Shown here piece after piece: positions 1-12,790 of a stretch of 64,000 bases of DNA. The notes under the pieces were generated by a model that saw only the letters and a program-made list of their open reading frames with translations, had not been told where the DNA came from and did not search any database. The stretch is from positions 1,425,892-1,489,891 of the forward strand of contig JAAOMT010000664.1 in assembly GCA_016748015.1 (NCBI GenBank), written 5' to 3'. This DNA comes from Geosiphon pyriformis uo1 (Eukaryota > Fungi > Glomeromycota). How positions within the stretch are numbered: position 1 is the stretch's first letter; every line of letters starts with the position of its first letter. The translations under genes and the position numbers were made by a program.

Positions 1-2308
1 TAAATATTTAGAATTATAAATTCCATTAACTTGTTCAAATAATTGACTAAACTATATTTTATTTTTCGTCAGCGAATTTTTAAAGTCCATGAAGTTATTA
101 TAATCAAAAATTACCAACTGTATTTAAAAAGAAATTTGTTTAATAATACATATAAAATTAATAAAAATATAGTCATGTGATAAAAGGCTTTGTTTCTATA
201 ACAGATATTTAGGTTCGGTATTTTTTCTTACATAGAGTGAATTGATATTTAAAGGTTTATTCGAGTAATAATGTACTCGTTAAATCTTTATATGGAGTAA
301 CTTCATTTTATAGAGCTTTTGATAATTTTTTCATTAATAATGATAAAATATTTGGTTTTTTTAAATTAAATGAGCAAGGATTATTTAAAATTAGCCATTT
401 TATTTTTATGCATCATATATAGAAAAATTCTAAACAGTCTATTTTCAATAAAAAAACCAGTGGTGAATTAAGCTCATATTGACATAGTTTGACTATTTCA
501 AAAAGGAATATGATTAAAAAATCTTATCTAATATATTAATGTGCCATCTTTTTCTATATAATACACTCGGGGGCGGAAGAGAATTAAATGTTACTTTATT
601 ATATAATTTTAGATTATAGTCAATATTTAATATTTTACATTCCTAGCTGCATTGTCAATTAATATATTAATTACCACTAGTCCTTAAATAATTTTCTTTA
701 CAAATGAATGAAATTCTAGATTATCTTTGCAAATGTTTTTTAAGTGGGCCAGCCTATGTTAAACCATATTAATCCATTTGATTAATTTCGCTTTAAGCCT
801 TTTGTGAATAATAGGGAATTATTTCGATTTTAAAATTATATTTATTCGTAAGTTCCATTAAAATTCTCATTTAAGACTCATTCGTTGAAAAACAATGGCA
901 AGATAAAAGTAATTAAAATCCAAATATCAAAGCATTGAAAAATAAAAATATATAAAGAGATAAAATAATGCAACCCAAAACAAAACAAAATGGAATGGAA
1001 TTTTTGTATTATCTACAGTAAAACTATAACTCCTATTTTCAAATATTCTATATCTAGACTTAATATATGTATTCTATAGCTCTTTAAGTCTGCATATTCC
1101 TCCTATGTTTAGTAGGGTTCAGGCTGCTGAGTAGCGTCAGACCACGTTGAACAACAAGGAAATTAATTTAGAAAGATGCATCAAAGAAAATTGATATATC
1201 AAAGGGTTAAAGCAACACACGCCTAAAAATATGAAAAATTCTTGTAAGGATCTCCAGTTTCTCAAAGATCTTTTCTTAGGAGGCCCAAGGTCTAATAGAG
1301 AAAATACTCCGAGTGATTTAGTAGCTATATATCGAACAATTACTCGCATCTCTTTGAAAAACCCATATCTAGAGAAAATTTTCACATTCATCAATATTTA
1401 TCCAAAAATATTAGTGAATGCGAAAAGTGAAATTATATTTTGAATATATACCAAGACTGTGGTTTTCAACGTGTGAAACTAATTGCTGTTAATCGAAAAC
1501 TGATCTTCTGATATTGATAATTTATGAATTTAAAAATTGGTTTGATTATTTTAATTGACACCAAGGTAAACTATTGCAAATTATGTGAAAAGAGAATATC
1601 AACCTTTAAGAAAAAAGGATGAAAGTTATCTTAAAAAATACTAATGGTTTGGTCGGTGGTATAGAAGTATATGAACCTAGAAAAAAAATTTTGACACTGA
1701 TAATAAAGTTGTATCCAATTCTTGGGAATATAAATATTATCTAATTGAAATTGCTATTATTAATAATTCTATATTTATAGGAAAAGTAAGAAATAACTAT
1801 TATAAACAAAAAATGGAATGCCACTTATAGTTTGTAAGGCATTTCTGGGAATTTCAAAAAAAAAAGAAAATAAATTGATATTAAAAAACATGGATTAATA
1901 GAAAACTATTTTATTTTTTTTGATAACTTTTACTCTTTTCGAGTCTCTTTATTAAATATTTATTAAAATCATTTGTTTATATCATTGTAAAGTAAAAAAC
2001 TAAAGCACCATCTAATAATTTTAATTAGCGGAGAAACATAAGTATATATTTAAAAGTTTTATTTCTAATGCTATTCAGCTAAAGAGCAGTTTATAGCTTA
2101 ACTTGTGATAAAACCTATATTTTAGAAATTAATAGTTGTTTAATAAAAAGTCTTTTTTAAAGTTCTTTGATGTTTTAAAATAGATAAATGTTATTCTTTT
2201 AACTTTATTGTTGAACTTAAAATGGTAGGCTGTAAAATATTTCGCTATTGAAAGTTTCTAAGATAGACAGCACAACCTTCAAAAGTATAAAATTTAATTA
2301 AAGCAAAT

Positions 2309-3619
2309 TTATCTTTTTATAATTTGAAAAACTTCATACTCCTCGACAGAAAAATTCATCTGTCGATTTTCTGACCCAGGCATTATAGCATGCTTATAAT
2401 TAATTGTCTTTTGACAATAGCACCATGAACTATTTTTAAAGTCGCCACTCAAACTCATATTGAGATTTCCAAAATAGGGTCCCAAATCTTTTCCACCATA
2501 AGGTCCATATCCTGTAACAAATTTGCTAAGTATAGCATTTTCAGCATTGTCATCTCCAAGAGAAAAAATAAAACTTCCTTCTCCATCTAGCCGCTGATTC
2601 TGAGAGTGCCAAGATTGTGGGTTAAAGCCGCCAATTATCTGACCAGTTCCTTTCACTTTGATTACGCTAATTGTTGCTCCTTTATCATCGCATAATCGAT
2701 GGAAATCGGCTGGAGTAAATCCGTCTCGACTGCCTCGAAGTAACAATTTAAAATCATTTCCAAGTTTGCTTTCAAAAGGAGTATTTTTGTTTTTGCCTTG
2801 AATCCAATGATCAAGCTGTTTTATATTATGTGATCGAAGAAGATTTGAATCAATATTTAATCGGGAAAAACGTAATGGCTGAGCGTCTACAGATTTTTGA
2901 TGACTACCCGGTACGAGATAATGATGTAAAAGATCTTCATATAAAGTTCCAGGTAAAATTCTCGCAAATGGTTTTACTTTGTGATAGAAGTCAACTGAAG
3001 ATATGTTAAAGAAGCGGATTAAAGGTAGAAGCCTTTCGATGGATTCCTTAAAGGCGTTAAAGTTTTCATCTGTCCAGTAANNNNNNNNNNNNNNNNNNNN
3101 NNNNNNNNNNNNNNNNNNNNNNNNNNNNNNNNNNNNNNNNNNNNNNNNNNNNNNNNNNNNNNNNNNNNNNNNNNNNNNNNNNNNNNNNNNNNNNNNNNNA
3201 TGTTTTCTAGAATAAGCTCGTCAGCGCTAGCAAGCAATTCTAAAATAGTAGGTACTCCATGTTTATCAAGAGAAATCTCGCCATTATAAATATATCTGTT
3301 CAGGAAATAAAACAGTGAATTTTATGTTGGCCAAAATATTTGAAGCAAATGAAAACCCTTACCTGAGAATTATTTCAAAAATCTTTGGTGAAATATTAGG
3401 TTTAGGGAAGATAATGATATTATTTTCCCTTTTAATCCAATTGCTAGAGAGTGCGACAGCAAAATATGGTGATCTTGCTGCTAAAATTTGGGAATGAGCA
3501 TGAAAAGTTCTAATATTGGTCGCTTCGCCAACTATGATTCTAATATCAGAGAACTTCTGACTGTCAAATAAATTCCCAAAATCATTGGATAAAGCGTGAA
3601 AGTATTGTTGGGGTGACAT
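2309..3619 (-). CDS. BTB/POZ-BACK-TLDc protein, copy A (exon 1 3619-3363, 67-nt intron, exon 2 3295-2309, interrupted by an N gap)
   Basis: BTB signature SDIRIIVG...FHAHSQILAARSPYF...FEIILR|YIYNG across a GT-AG intron. TLDc signature LLLRGSRDGFTPADFHRLCDDKGATISVIK...GGFNP...SFIFS...GPYFG...EEYEVFQI. Inverted paralog of 11290-12790. Confidence 0.9.
3081..3199. other. Assembly gap (119 N) inside BTB copy A
   Basis: N run. Alignment to copy B implies 309 nt are missing (B 11710-12018), so the apparent frameshift here is probably an artefact of gap sizing. Confidence 0.95.
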
Positions 3620-3687
3620 CGGTAAAATATGAGAAGTCTTTTTCTCTACGTATTAGTTATTTATACTATTGACACAAAGTCGTATAC

Positions 3688-3741
3688 TTATCCGGAGGTC
3701 AAGTCACATGTTAATCTGCACATTATCGATTGATCAATTAA
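3688..3741 (-). promoter_or_regulatory. Conserved upstream block of BTB copy A
   Basis: 51/54 nt identical to 11179-11232, while the sequence between the block and the ATG carries indels. Contains palindromes ATTGATCAAT, ATCGAT, ACATGT, TCCGGA. Confidence 0.55.
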
Positions 3742-4017
3742 TGGATCATTCTCAAGATACTCGGCAACTTAATGCAGGGCCTCTAGGCAGCCCAATTTTA
3801 TCAATTATATATTTCAATATACCACATAATAATAGCATGCTAAAAATATATATTTCATTTATTATTTATATTAGTTACATTTTTAAAATTAATTATTGAT
3901 GAATATTTTTCTTTGAAATTTTTTTACTTTATGGTGCAAGACATTTGAAGTCATCAAGTCTTGATGATCAGTTCGAAATTTGGATAACAATTTTATTAAT
4001 TAAAATAACTAATATAT

Positions 4018-4701
4018 TTATTCAATATAAACTTGATTTAATTCTTCTAAAATACTATCCGAGATTCTTCGGTGAGACTTATATTTTTTACCTGCATATT
4101 CTGCAAGTTTACTACAAATTCCTTTTCTACAGAGATTCATATAACACCAAATTTTTCTGGCAAACCTTCGAATTTTAATTAAAGGCACAGATTCGAGACT
4201 TTGAGATACAATTTGTTGCAATCCTGTCCATGAATAATCACAATTTTCTCTAGCATAACGTTTGGCTGCCTCCCAATATCCTTCAATAAAATTCAGTTCA
4301 CAATGAAATTTAGGATAAAAAATGCATTTGAGTCCTGCTTTTTTAATGACTTCTGCAATTGTCCTTTTTTGTGCTAAAAAATCTGGTTTCAAAAAATTAC
4401 TCAGCATGCACAACAAAAAGTGTTTTTGTTTTAGTTTGCATTCTTTGCATTCAGCTAAAAGTTCTTTTAATGGCCATTTCCTCTTTCTAATAAAACATGA
4501 TGCATTCCTTTTAGGTTGTTCTCTTAATTTTTCATTAGAATAATTTGATAGAAATACCATTGATGGATATTGATTATTTGGTCTAAAATATGTATCATGC
4601 ATTTTTGGTTGTTTTTCACCAGGTTTAAACCTTATTTGCTGTGCTATAGAGCATCTTTTTGGTATGCTACATAATTTGAACTGTTGTAAAAACAAAAACA
4701 C
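4018..4701 (-). mobile_element. Degenerate IS630/Tc1/mariner-superfamily DDE transposase, C-terminal part (decayed sequence probably continues to ~5400)
   Basis: KPDFLAQK...CIFYPKFHCELNFIEGYWEAAKRYARENCDYS...IRRFARK...KKYKSHRRIS is a typical fungal DDE_3-type C-terminus. The upstream part is AT-eroded. Confidence 0.8.
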
Positions 4702-5560
4702 CTATACAATCTGGATAAAACACTTAAAGAATTGGAATTGTTTTTTTTTTAATTCAATATTTAGTAGTCTAATATACTTATTACTATTTTCTGGCTTTAA
4801 ATAACGATGTGCTTCTTTTAAAATTGTTGAATATCAGCAAGTTTAAGTTGTAGTTTTTCATCTACTTCAGTAAAAAAATTACTGACTATAATTAATCTTT
4901 TCATTTTCTTTTTTTGCATAATGAAAATTCTTTATTTTTGGCCCAATTTTATTTGCTATTATTAGAATAAAATATACATTGATTATATATTATTAATATA
5001 AGTTCTTTTTGTTTATTTCTAATAAAATTCTCTTCTTTATATTTTAATTTTTCATATTTTGATATAAATTTTTATATTTTTAATTTAATTTAAATATTCT
5101 TGACAATATTTGATAACATTTAGTCTTTTATGACCATTATAAAAAATTCTTTTATGGTGTTGTCAAATTTAATAACTTAATATATTGAGTCAGCATAAAG
5201 TAGTTCAAATTGTAAATGAATTTTTTTTGCAATTATTATATTATTAATAAATTTTGTTCAATGTATTTTTTGAATTTTGTTAAAATGACAGTAAAATTTT
5301 GTGCTCTTCACTATTTTTTGCAATATGCAACCACATTTTTATTATTAATTAATTTAATTGTTTTTTTGTTTTTTGATATAATATTAACAATGTATTATTA
5401 GCTATTTAATAATTTGTCAAGATATTTAATTTGTCATATACATCAAACTTTACCATTAATAAATTCTACTATTATAACTTTAAAATTAACATTTATTTGT
5501 TATAACCATATTTATTTAATTGTTAAAGATATTTACTTTTTATTATATTTATTTAGTAAT

Positions 5561-5935
5561 TTTACAATCGGATATAACATGCTAATAGATAGCAAAAAAG
5601 AACAATAGTGTATGGCAATAAAATAATCAAAAAGTCATTCAACTTTAATAAGCAAATTGAATTAGTAAGAATTTAATGTACAAAATTAGTTCCATAAATA
5701 TTTTAGTCACTATTTTTTTTAAAAGGTACAAAAAAATTTGAAGATAGAAAAATAGTCTATACTGTTAACAAAAGATAAAACTCTGATATAATTCTATGTT
5801 TCATGTTAGCACTCTTAGAATTTAATATTAAGTATTAATTGTACTTTTCAGTAAATATTTTAATTAATATACTTCACAAAAACTAACATTTATACAAATC
5901 AAAAAATGAAAAAAAAATAATGAAAAAAATAAAGA
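5561..5935 (-). repeat. Solo-LTR-like dispersed repeat, inverted copy of ~6900-7273
   Basis: Its reverse complement aligns colinearly over ~350 nt with 6930-7273 (shared GAAGTATATT, AAAAGTACAATTAATA, TGAAACATAGAATTATAT). Confidence 0.7.
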
Positions 5936-6787
5936 AGTTGATATTATTGTATTGATCTTTGCTTTGAATGAATTTTAAAACCAGATCAATTAATAAGTTA
6001 TTGAGTATTGTTCAGTCTGCTATAATATTTAAGCATAAATTGTATCCGTTAAAATTCTTAAATTTTAATTTTCATCTAAAATTTATTGAATAAAAAACTC
6101 AATTGCAAATAGTATTGTCAAATATAAATTCTTTTGTTTTTATTATGTAAATTATTCTATATGTGGACCAATATACTTTCCTTAGTTTGAATATATTGTT
6201 AGCAAATTTGAAAAACAATTTATTTAAATAGTATAAGAGAAAGATAAAATAAGATTTTACAAGATAGATTATTTGTTAAACTGTTTATAAAAATATATAT
6301 ATAGTTTTTGTAAATTAAATAAATTTTTGTGTATTATATTTATACAATTACATTTTTTAAATAATTTTATTTGAGAGAATTATTATCTTAAAAATTTTGC
6401 ATATTTTATATTTGTTTTTATAAAAAATATTACGAAATATATATATACATAAATTAATATTTAATAATAATAACAAAAAATTAATATAAAATTTTTATTG
6501 AGAATAATTTGTTCTTTTATAATATATGAGTAAATAAAATGTCTTTTTTTGCTGAATTTAATGTGAACTAAAATTATTTACAATTAATAAAAAAACTGAA
6601 ACAAATATTAATAATAAAAAAATTAAAAAGATTAAAAATAAACAAAAAATAATTTGACAAAATTTTTGCAGTAATTAAAAAAGAATTTTTATGTAAAATA
6701 TGTGTTAGGCTTAGGATTAATTTATGTTTTGTTGTATTTTTATATTATTTACTTTTATGTATTTAAGTAGAAAATTGGAAAATAAAT

Positions 6788-7273
6788 ATGACGCAAAAAT
6801 TTCCAATTACTAACATAGTATTATGATTTATTTATTTATTTAGCTATAGTTAGTCACATGTATTAGCCACTGATGTCATTATTTAGCTACCTTATTTTTC
6901 TTTTTTACTATTTTTTTTCCTTTTCTTTTTTTGATTTGTATAATTATTAAAATTTTGAAGTATATTGAATAAATATTTATTAAAAAGTACAATTAATATC
7001 TGATCTTGAATTCTAAGAGCATTAATGTGAAACATAGAATTATATTAGTGTGTCATCTTTTATTGACAGTATAAATTTATTCTTCTACCTTCGGATTTTC
7101 TTGTTATCTTTTGGAAAGAATAGTGATTATCATATTTATGAAACTAATCTTACATATTGAATTCTTATTAATTCAATTCACTCATTAAATTTGAATTATC
7201 TTTTTATTATTTTTATTATCATATAATACTGTTTTTTTTGTTATTTATTAGTGTATTAAATCAGATTATAACA
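6788..7273 (+). repeat. Solo-LTR-like repeat (ends ...TCAGATTATAACA)
   Basis: Homologous to 5561-5935 (inverted) and to 48540-48750. The CA 3' terminus is consistent with an LTR, but LTR identity is inferred. Confidence 0.55.
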
Positions 7274-7548
7274 ATATGCTAATTAACAAAATAAAAACAA
7301 ACAAATTAACTTAGCATAATACTTATAAAATATTATAAATATTATAAAAAAATAGAAGTTTCAAGTGCTTAATTGTATTTTTACTAAATATGTATTATAT
7401 ATAAAGCATTAATATTAATTATTGTATTTGAATCCAAGTTTATATTTGAATTTTACTTTTAAAAAATAGAACGAAATAATTAAACCAATTTATTTATATT
7501 GTTAAAACTGTTATTTTAAAATATAAAGTTTATTAAATTGTACTGTTA

Positions 7549-8306
7549 GGGGACGAACATATATCACGTCATTATTGATTACTATAGGACCATCCCTCCC
7601 CCCCAGACATTCCATAATAATGTTATCTCATATTATTATAATATGCTATGCATGATGCACAATTATAAATACATGCACTATAAATATATAGCATAATATG
7701 ATCAAACTTGTATAATAAATATGATCAAACTTATGATCGAAATTATTATAAAAATATACTAGCCTAAACATCTCAACTTATCGCATTGTCCTATTTATAT
7801 AAAAATGACCGCGAATTTGTGTCTAATCTAACATGTCTTTTATCTCCTGATTTAGCGCGTCTTTTATTTCCTGATCTAGTGCATCTTTTATTCACGTCTT
7901 TTATTTCCTGATCTATCGCGTCTTTGATATTGTATTTTTGATTTCATTTATTGCTAAACTCTCCTAATATGCAAGCTTTCCTAACTACACCACAATACAA
8001 CAAGTTTTATATTTATAAAACTCCCACAAATCAACACCAGAGATTTTGCAATGCATTTGGATATAGTCGTATGGTAAACACAGGAAATCCAGCATACTAA
8101 AAGTTCAATTTATATACCATAAATTAGACTGCATTTCTATATTCTATTTGGTTAATAAATCATGTGCCATTTAAAGTCGTAAGATTTTGACATTTCTATA
8201 TTCTAATTGGCTAATAAAATTCCAAAATCACATGCCATATAAAATCATGTGAGACATGAGATTTTGAATTCCCCCTTTCATAATGACGTGATATATGTTC
8301 GTCCCC
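7549..8306. mobile_element. Non-autonomous TIR element (PIF/Harbinger-like MITE), 758 bp
   Basis: Perfect 27-bp TIRs GGGGACGAACATATATCACGTCATTAT (7549-7575 and 8280-8306), flanked by a TTA target-site duplication (7546-7548 and 8307-8309). Confidence 0.85.
7835..7925 (+). repeat. 24-bp tandem repeat inside the MITE
   Basis: GTCTTTTATYTCCTGATYTAKYGC x3 plus one partial unit. Confidence 0.85.
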
Positions 8307-11178
8307 TTAGCAAAACAAAACAAAGATCTGATTTTTTTATCATAACAAAATTTTTATTATAAATGCTAAAGTTAAACTATTTAATTGTATACTATTACAA
8401 AGAAGAAAAATTTTTGTAAAAGCACAATTACAAGATAAAAAAGTAATTAAATTAATTATTAAATTTAAAAGATGGTCTTTTTAAAATATTAATATTTATA
8501 AACATGAATATTATACAATCAATTATTATAGATTTACAAATTGATAAAATTTACCAATTATGGTTTTTTCGTACAACAAAGCTGCTAATTAACAATGCTT
8601 TAATGCTGTTAATATATTTAAAATAAATAAATTATTAAATTGTATTTACAGAAACAAGTAAATATGTTGCCAGAAAAACATAAACTTATAGTAAAGTATT
8701 TACTCTTTTACCACAAATTCTATTTATAAATAATATGTCTAATTCACCTCAACTTAAAAGATTAATTAATATCATGTAATAATTATAACTAGTTATTCTT
8801 AAATTATTCTTATATTCTTATAATTTTTTTAAGTGTCGAATATTATGAATTCTTTTTAACACAATAAAACCAGCTTTGAACAAATTTTTAAATTATTTTT
8901 AATATTCTAAAATTAGAAAAATTTAGATTGTTAAATGTTAGCAAAAAAGCAACCCAAGTAAATATTTATCTTTAAAAAATCCATCTTAAATTCATTCTTA
9001 ATTTTTGGATTGTGTATTAAAAAAATTAAAAATATAATTGTTGAAGAAACCTTGAATTAAGAATATGATAACTGAAAAAAACAATTAATAATTTTTTTCT
9101 GTTTATAGATATTTAAAATACTAGTATGTTAAAAATATAATAACTTGAAGCTAAAAAAAAAAATTATTAAAGATTTGATTTTAAATGTGATGAAAAACAA
9201 AATTAATTTTATATATATTACATTAACTTTATTTTCTTTTTTTATAAGTTATGTAAATTAAATAATTTTTGTTAAAATAAAATAAAACAAATACAGCAGA
9301 ATATGTAAATAAGTAAATAAAACTATCTAGATAAATATTTCTGTAAATGGTGTTGATTTACTTGAAAAATTGGAAACAGCTTCAGCTCCTCCTTTCATAT
9401 TCAAAACCCCTCTTTCCAAATCTATTACTAACTAATTGGGTCAAGCTCAAATTTCATTTTATCAAGATGAATTTAGTGAAACTACCTATTTAAATAAAAT
9501 TTCTAACTCTTATTAAAATAGGCATTCATTCTGGGGGTTGAGGAACTGCTTTATAATGAATATTTACTTGATGTAGCAATTTCATGGGTTTATCATCTTG
9601 AAAAAAAGCATTATTCCAATAATTTAACGATAAGTTTCATAATGGTCTTTCAAATTCGTCAACTAATCATTAGAAAACGAGTAAGACTGCATTTAATAGC
9701 GTTTGAACAGTGTCGTTTATCTTAATATAGAAAAGTACCAAAATATGTATTTTAAAATTTTTATTTGCTAAAATTTCTATTAACCTTATAATGAAATTTA
9801 AAATTATATAATGCATCTATTAAATAAATATTTAACGCTAAATAATATCATACTCAAAAACTTTTGGCTTTGATTGATTTTAATTATCATTTAAATGTCC
9901 ATAAAATTAAATATTTGATATTTTTTTTGCTATGTAAAGACTTGAACAATTACAATAAAGAATACATTATAAAATTATCGAAATTGTTGGTAGAATTTCC
10001 TTGAATGTTATACATTTATTCTACGAATTTATTCTGGAGAGGTTTGCTGACAAACTTTCCTTAATTCAATAAGAGAAAAAAAATTGATTTTTAGCTCGAT
10101 ATTTGAAGATGATCAGAGATTATCAGCAACGGAATTATCCTCTGAACAAAAGAATATTATAAATCAATTTGTTATAGATGAGGTCTTTTGAAACTTGCAA
10201 TTTGTTATGACATATCAATACTTTAATACAACTGATTTTCTCAGATAAATCCTTATTAATTTAGCAAAAAACATTTAATGCAAGTAATTTTATAATTTTC
10301 CAGAGTACCTGAACACCTTTCTATGAAATAGATAAAGGAAAAATCTAATTGTAAAGTTACATTACTACTATTATATACAATTTTTGATTGATAGTATTTT
10401 ACAATTTTGTAGAAATTAAGCTTAAAATGTCTTATTCCAAAAAACAATATCGACTAGAAATTGCAAATAGAATCAATAACCAAGAAACTGATTACAATAA
10501 TTTATAATAATAATAATAATAATAATAAATGTATTCTAATGAAGAATAAAAATCTTAGTCGTCCTAAAAATTTTGTTTATAATTTTTTGATAGTTTGTAA
10601 GCGTTTTAGGAAAAAACAAATTAAAATAATTTAGGAAGAATTATGGAGTTTTGGATTTCGTTTTCTATAAGATTTAAAAGAATCATAGTTAGAATGAAAA
10701 AGTACGATAATAGAATCAATCAATTTTGTTCGAAAAAATTGCTTATTGTGAATAAAATATTTCAATATCTTGAAATGGAACTTTAAAAAAAACTTTGATC
10801 ACTAGTTTTTATTATTGATAAAAAATTACTGCCAAAATATTTTTTCTCTTTAAATTAAGAAATTCTTTATTAAACAATCTGAATTATTTGGAAAGATGAA
10901 TGTAAATATGGAAAAATGACCAAAATCGACCAATTCTGAATAACTTATTTTAAAAAAAAATATTCTCATTAATTTATTAAATGGTTTGATAGTTTGAGAG
11001 TAAATATAATAAAGAAAAAGTTTCAGTCAAGAGTAATCTGGATTCAAAATTAACAGTTTAGATATTTCATGCTTTTCAAATAGAGGCTGTGATCTTTGGA
11101 GGCGGTTTTATTAAGAATGACCTCTCAGAGATAATGTTTAAAGAACCAACATAATGGGGAATTTTTAAAGACTCGGAA

Positions 11179-11232
11179 TTAATTGATCAATCGATAATGT
11201 GCGGGTTAACATGTGACTTCACCTCCGGATAA
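11179..11232 (+). promoter_or_regulatory. Conserved upstream block of BTB copy B
   Basis: 51/54 nt identical to the reverse complement of 3688-3741; ends ~60 nt upstream of the ATG. Confidence 0.55.
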
Positions 11233-11289
11233 ATATATATACTGATCGTAGGGAAAAAAGACCTCACCCAAACTTCTCATATTTTACCG

Positions 11290-12790
11290 ATGTCACCCCA
11301 ACAATACTTTCACGCTTTATCCAATGATTTTGGAAATTTATTTGACAGTCAGAAATTCTCTGATATTAGAATTATAGTTGGCGAAGCGCCAAATATTAGA
11401 ACCTTTCATGCTCATTCCCAAATTTTAGCAGCAAGATCACCATATTTTGCTGTAGCACTCTCTAGCAATTGGATTAAAAGGGAAAATAATATCATTATCT
11501 TCCCTAAACCTAATATTTCACCAAAGATTTTTGAAATAATTCTCAGGTAAGGGTTTTCATTTGCTTCAAATATTTTGGCCAACATAAAATTCACTGTTTT
11601 ATTTCCTGAACAGATATATTTATAATGGCGAGATTTCTCTTGATAAACATGGAGTACCTACTATTTTAGAATTGCTTGCTAGCGCTGACGAGCTTATTCT
11701 AGAAAACATCATTGATCACCTTGAAGATTATTTGATTGAACACCGTGCAAAAGAGTTAGAAGAAAATTTTGCCACTTTGCAGAAAACTTCATTTATGCAT
11801 GATTCTTTCAAGAAGTTACAAAAATTCTGCACCGAAATAGCTGCTAACAATCCAGCCATAGTTTTCGATTCGCAAGATTTTACCTCTCTTAGTGAAAAGG
11901 CTCTTGTCTCAATTTTAACCCAGGATGATCTAAATATAGAAGAATCTGAAATATGGGAAAAGATTGTAGAATGGGGAATTGCTAAATTAGATAACAATAT
12001 TCAGACGAAAAAAGTTCCTTACTGGACAGATGAAAACTTTAACGCCTTTAAGGAATCCATCGAAAGGCTTCTACCTTTAATCCGCTTCTTTCACATATCT
12101 TCAGTTGACTTCTATCACAAAGTAAAACCATTTGCGAGAATTTTACCTGGAACTTTATATGAAGATCTTTTACATCATTATCTCGTACCGGGTAGTCATC
12201 AAAAATCTGTAGAAGCTCAGCCATTACGTTTTTCCCGATTAAATATTGATTCAAATCTTCTTCGATCACATAATATAAAACAGCTTGATCATTGGATTCA
12301 AGGCAAAAACAAAAATACTCCTTTTGAAAGCAAACTTGGAAATGATTTTAAATTGTTACTTCGAGGCAGTCGAGATGGATTTACTCCAGCCGATTTCCAT
12401 CGATTATGCGATGATAAAGGAGCAACAATTAGCGTAATCAAAGTGAAAGGAACTGGTCAGATAATTGGCGGTTTTAACCCACAATCTTGGCACTCTCGGG
12501 GTCAGCGGCTAGATGGAGAAGGAAGTTTTATTTTTTCTCTTGGAGATGACAATGCTGAAAATGCTATACTTAGCAAATTTGTTACAAGATATGGACCTTA
12601 TTGTGGATCAGGTTCGGGACCCTATTTTGGAGATTGCAATATGAGGTTGAGTGGCGATTTTAAAAATAGTTCAGGGTGCTATTGTCGAAATACAACAAAT
12701 TATGAGCATGCTTTAATGCCTGGATTAGAAAATCAACAGATGAATTTTTCTGTCGAGGAGTATGAAGTTTTTCAAATTATAAAAAGATAA
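11290..12790 (+). CDS. BTB/POZ-BACK-TLDc protein, copy B, 477 aa (exons 11290-11546 and 11614-12790)
   Basis: The GTAAG...CAG intron joins ILR|YIYNGEISL in frame. BACK region FDSQDFTSLSEKALVSILTQDDLNIEESEIWEKIVEWG; C-terminal TLDc. Putative Cullin-3 substrate adaptor of a family expanded in Glomeromycotina. Confidence 0.93.

Noticed and set aside
1106-1443. ORFs 1137-1394 and 1231-1443
   Set aside because: No recognisable motif and upstream in-frame stops; at most an unidentifiable pseudogene.
3019-3237. Apparent frameshift or pseudogenisation of BTB copy A
   Set aside because: Caused by an N gap of the wrong length (119 vs 309 nt); both sides match copy B with no stops.
5216-5608. Short hydrophobic F/I/L/K/N-rich ORFs (also 47933-48118 and 56160-56354)
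   Set aside because: Compositional artefacts of AT-rich eroded TE DNA.
7835-7925. CRISPR-like array
   Set aside because: The repeats are contiguous with no unique spacers, lie inside a MITE, and there are no cas genes in this eukaryotic sequence.
11728-12269. Antisense ORFs over the BTB gene (and likewise over Sel1, GYP1, CTF18 and the LINE)
   Set aside because: Shadow ORFs of real coding sequence on the opposite strand, with no motifs of their own.
12616-12632. GPYFG motif shared by TLDc and the lipase C-termini
   Set aside because: A five-residue coincidence between unrelated folds; no flanking similarity.
12497-12736. Diversity-generating retroelement (VR/TR) as the source of TLDc hypervariability
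   Set aside because: Differences are not confined to adenine/AAY-type codon positions, both copies are full genes rather than a template repeat, and the only RTs in the window are LINE and Gypsy.
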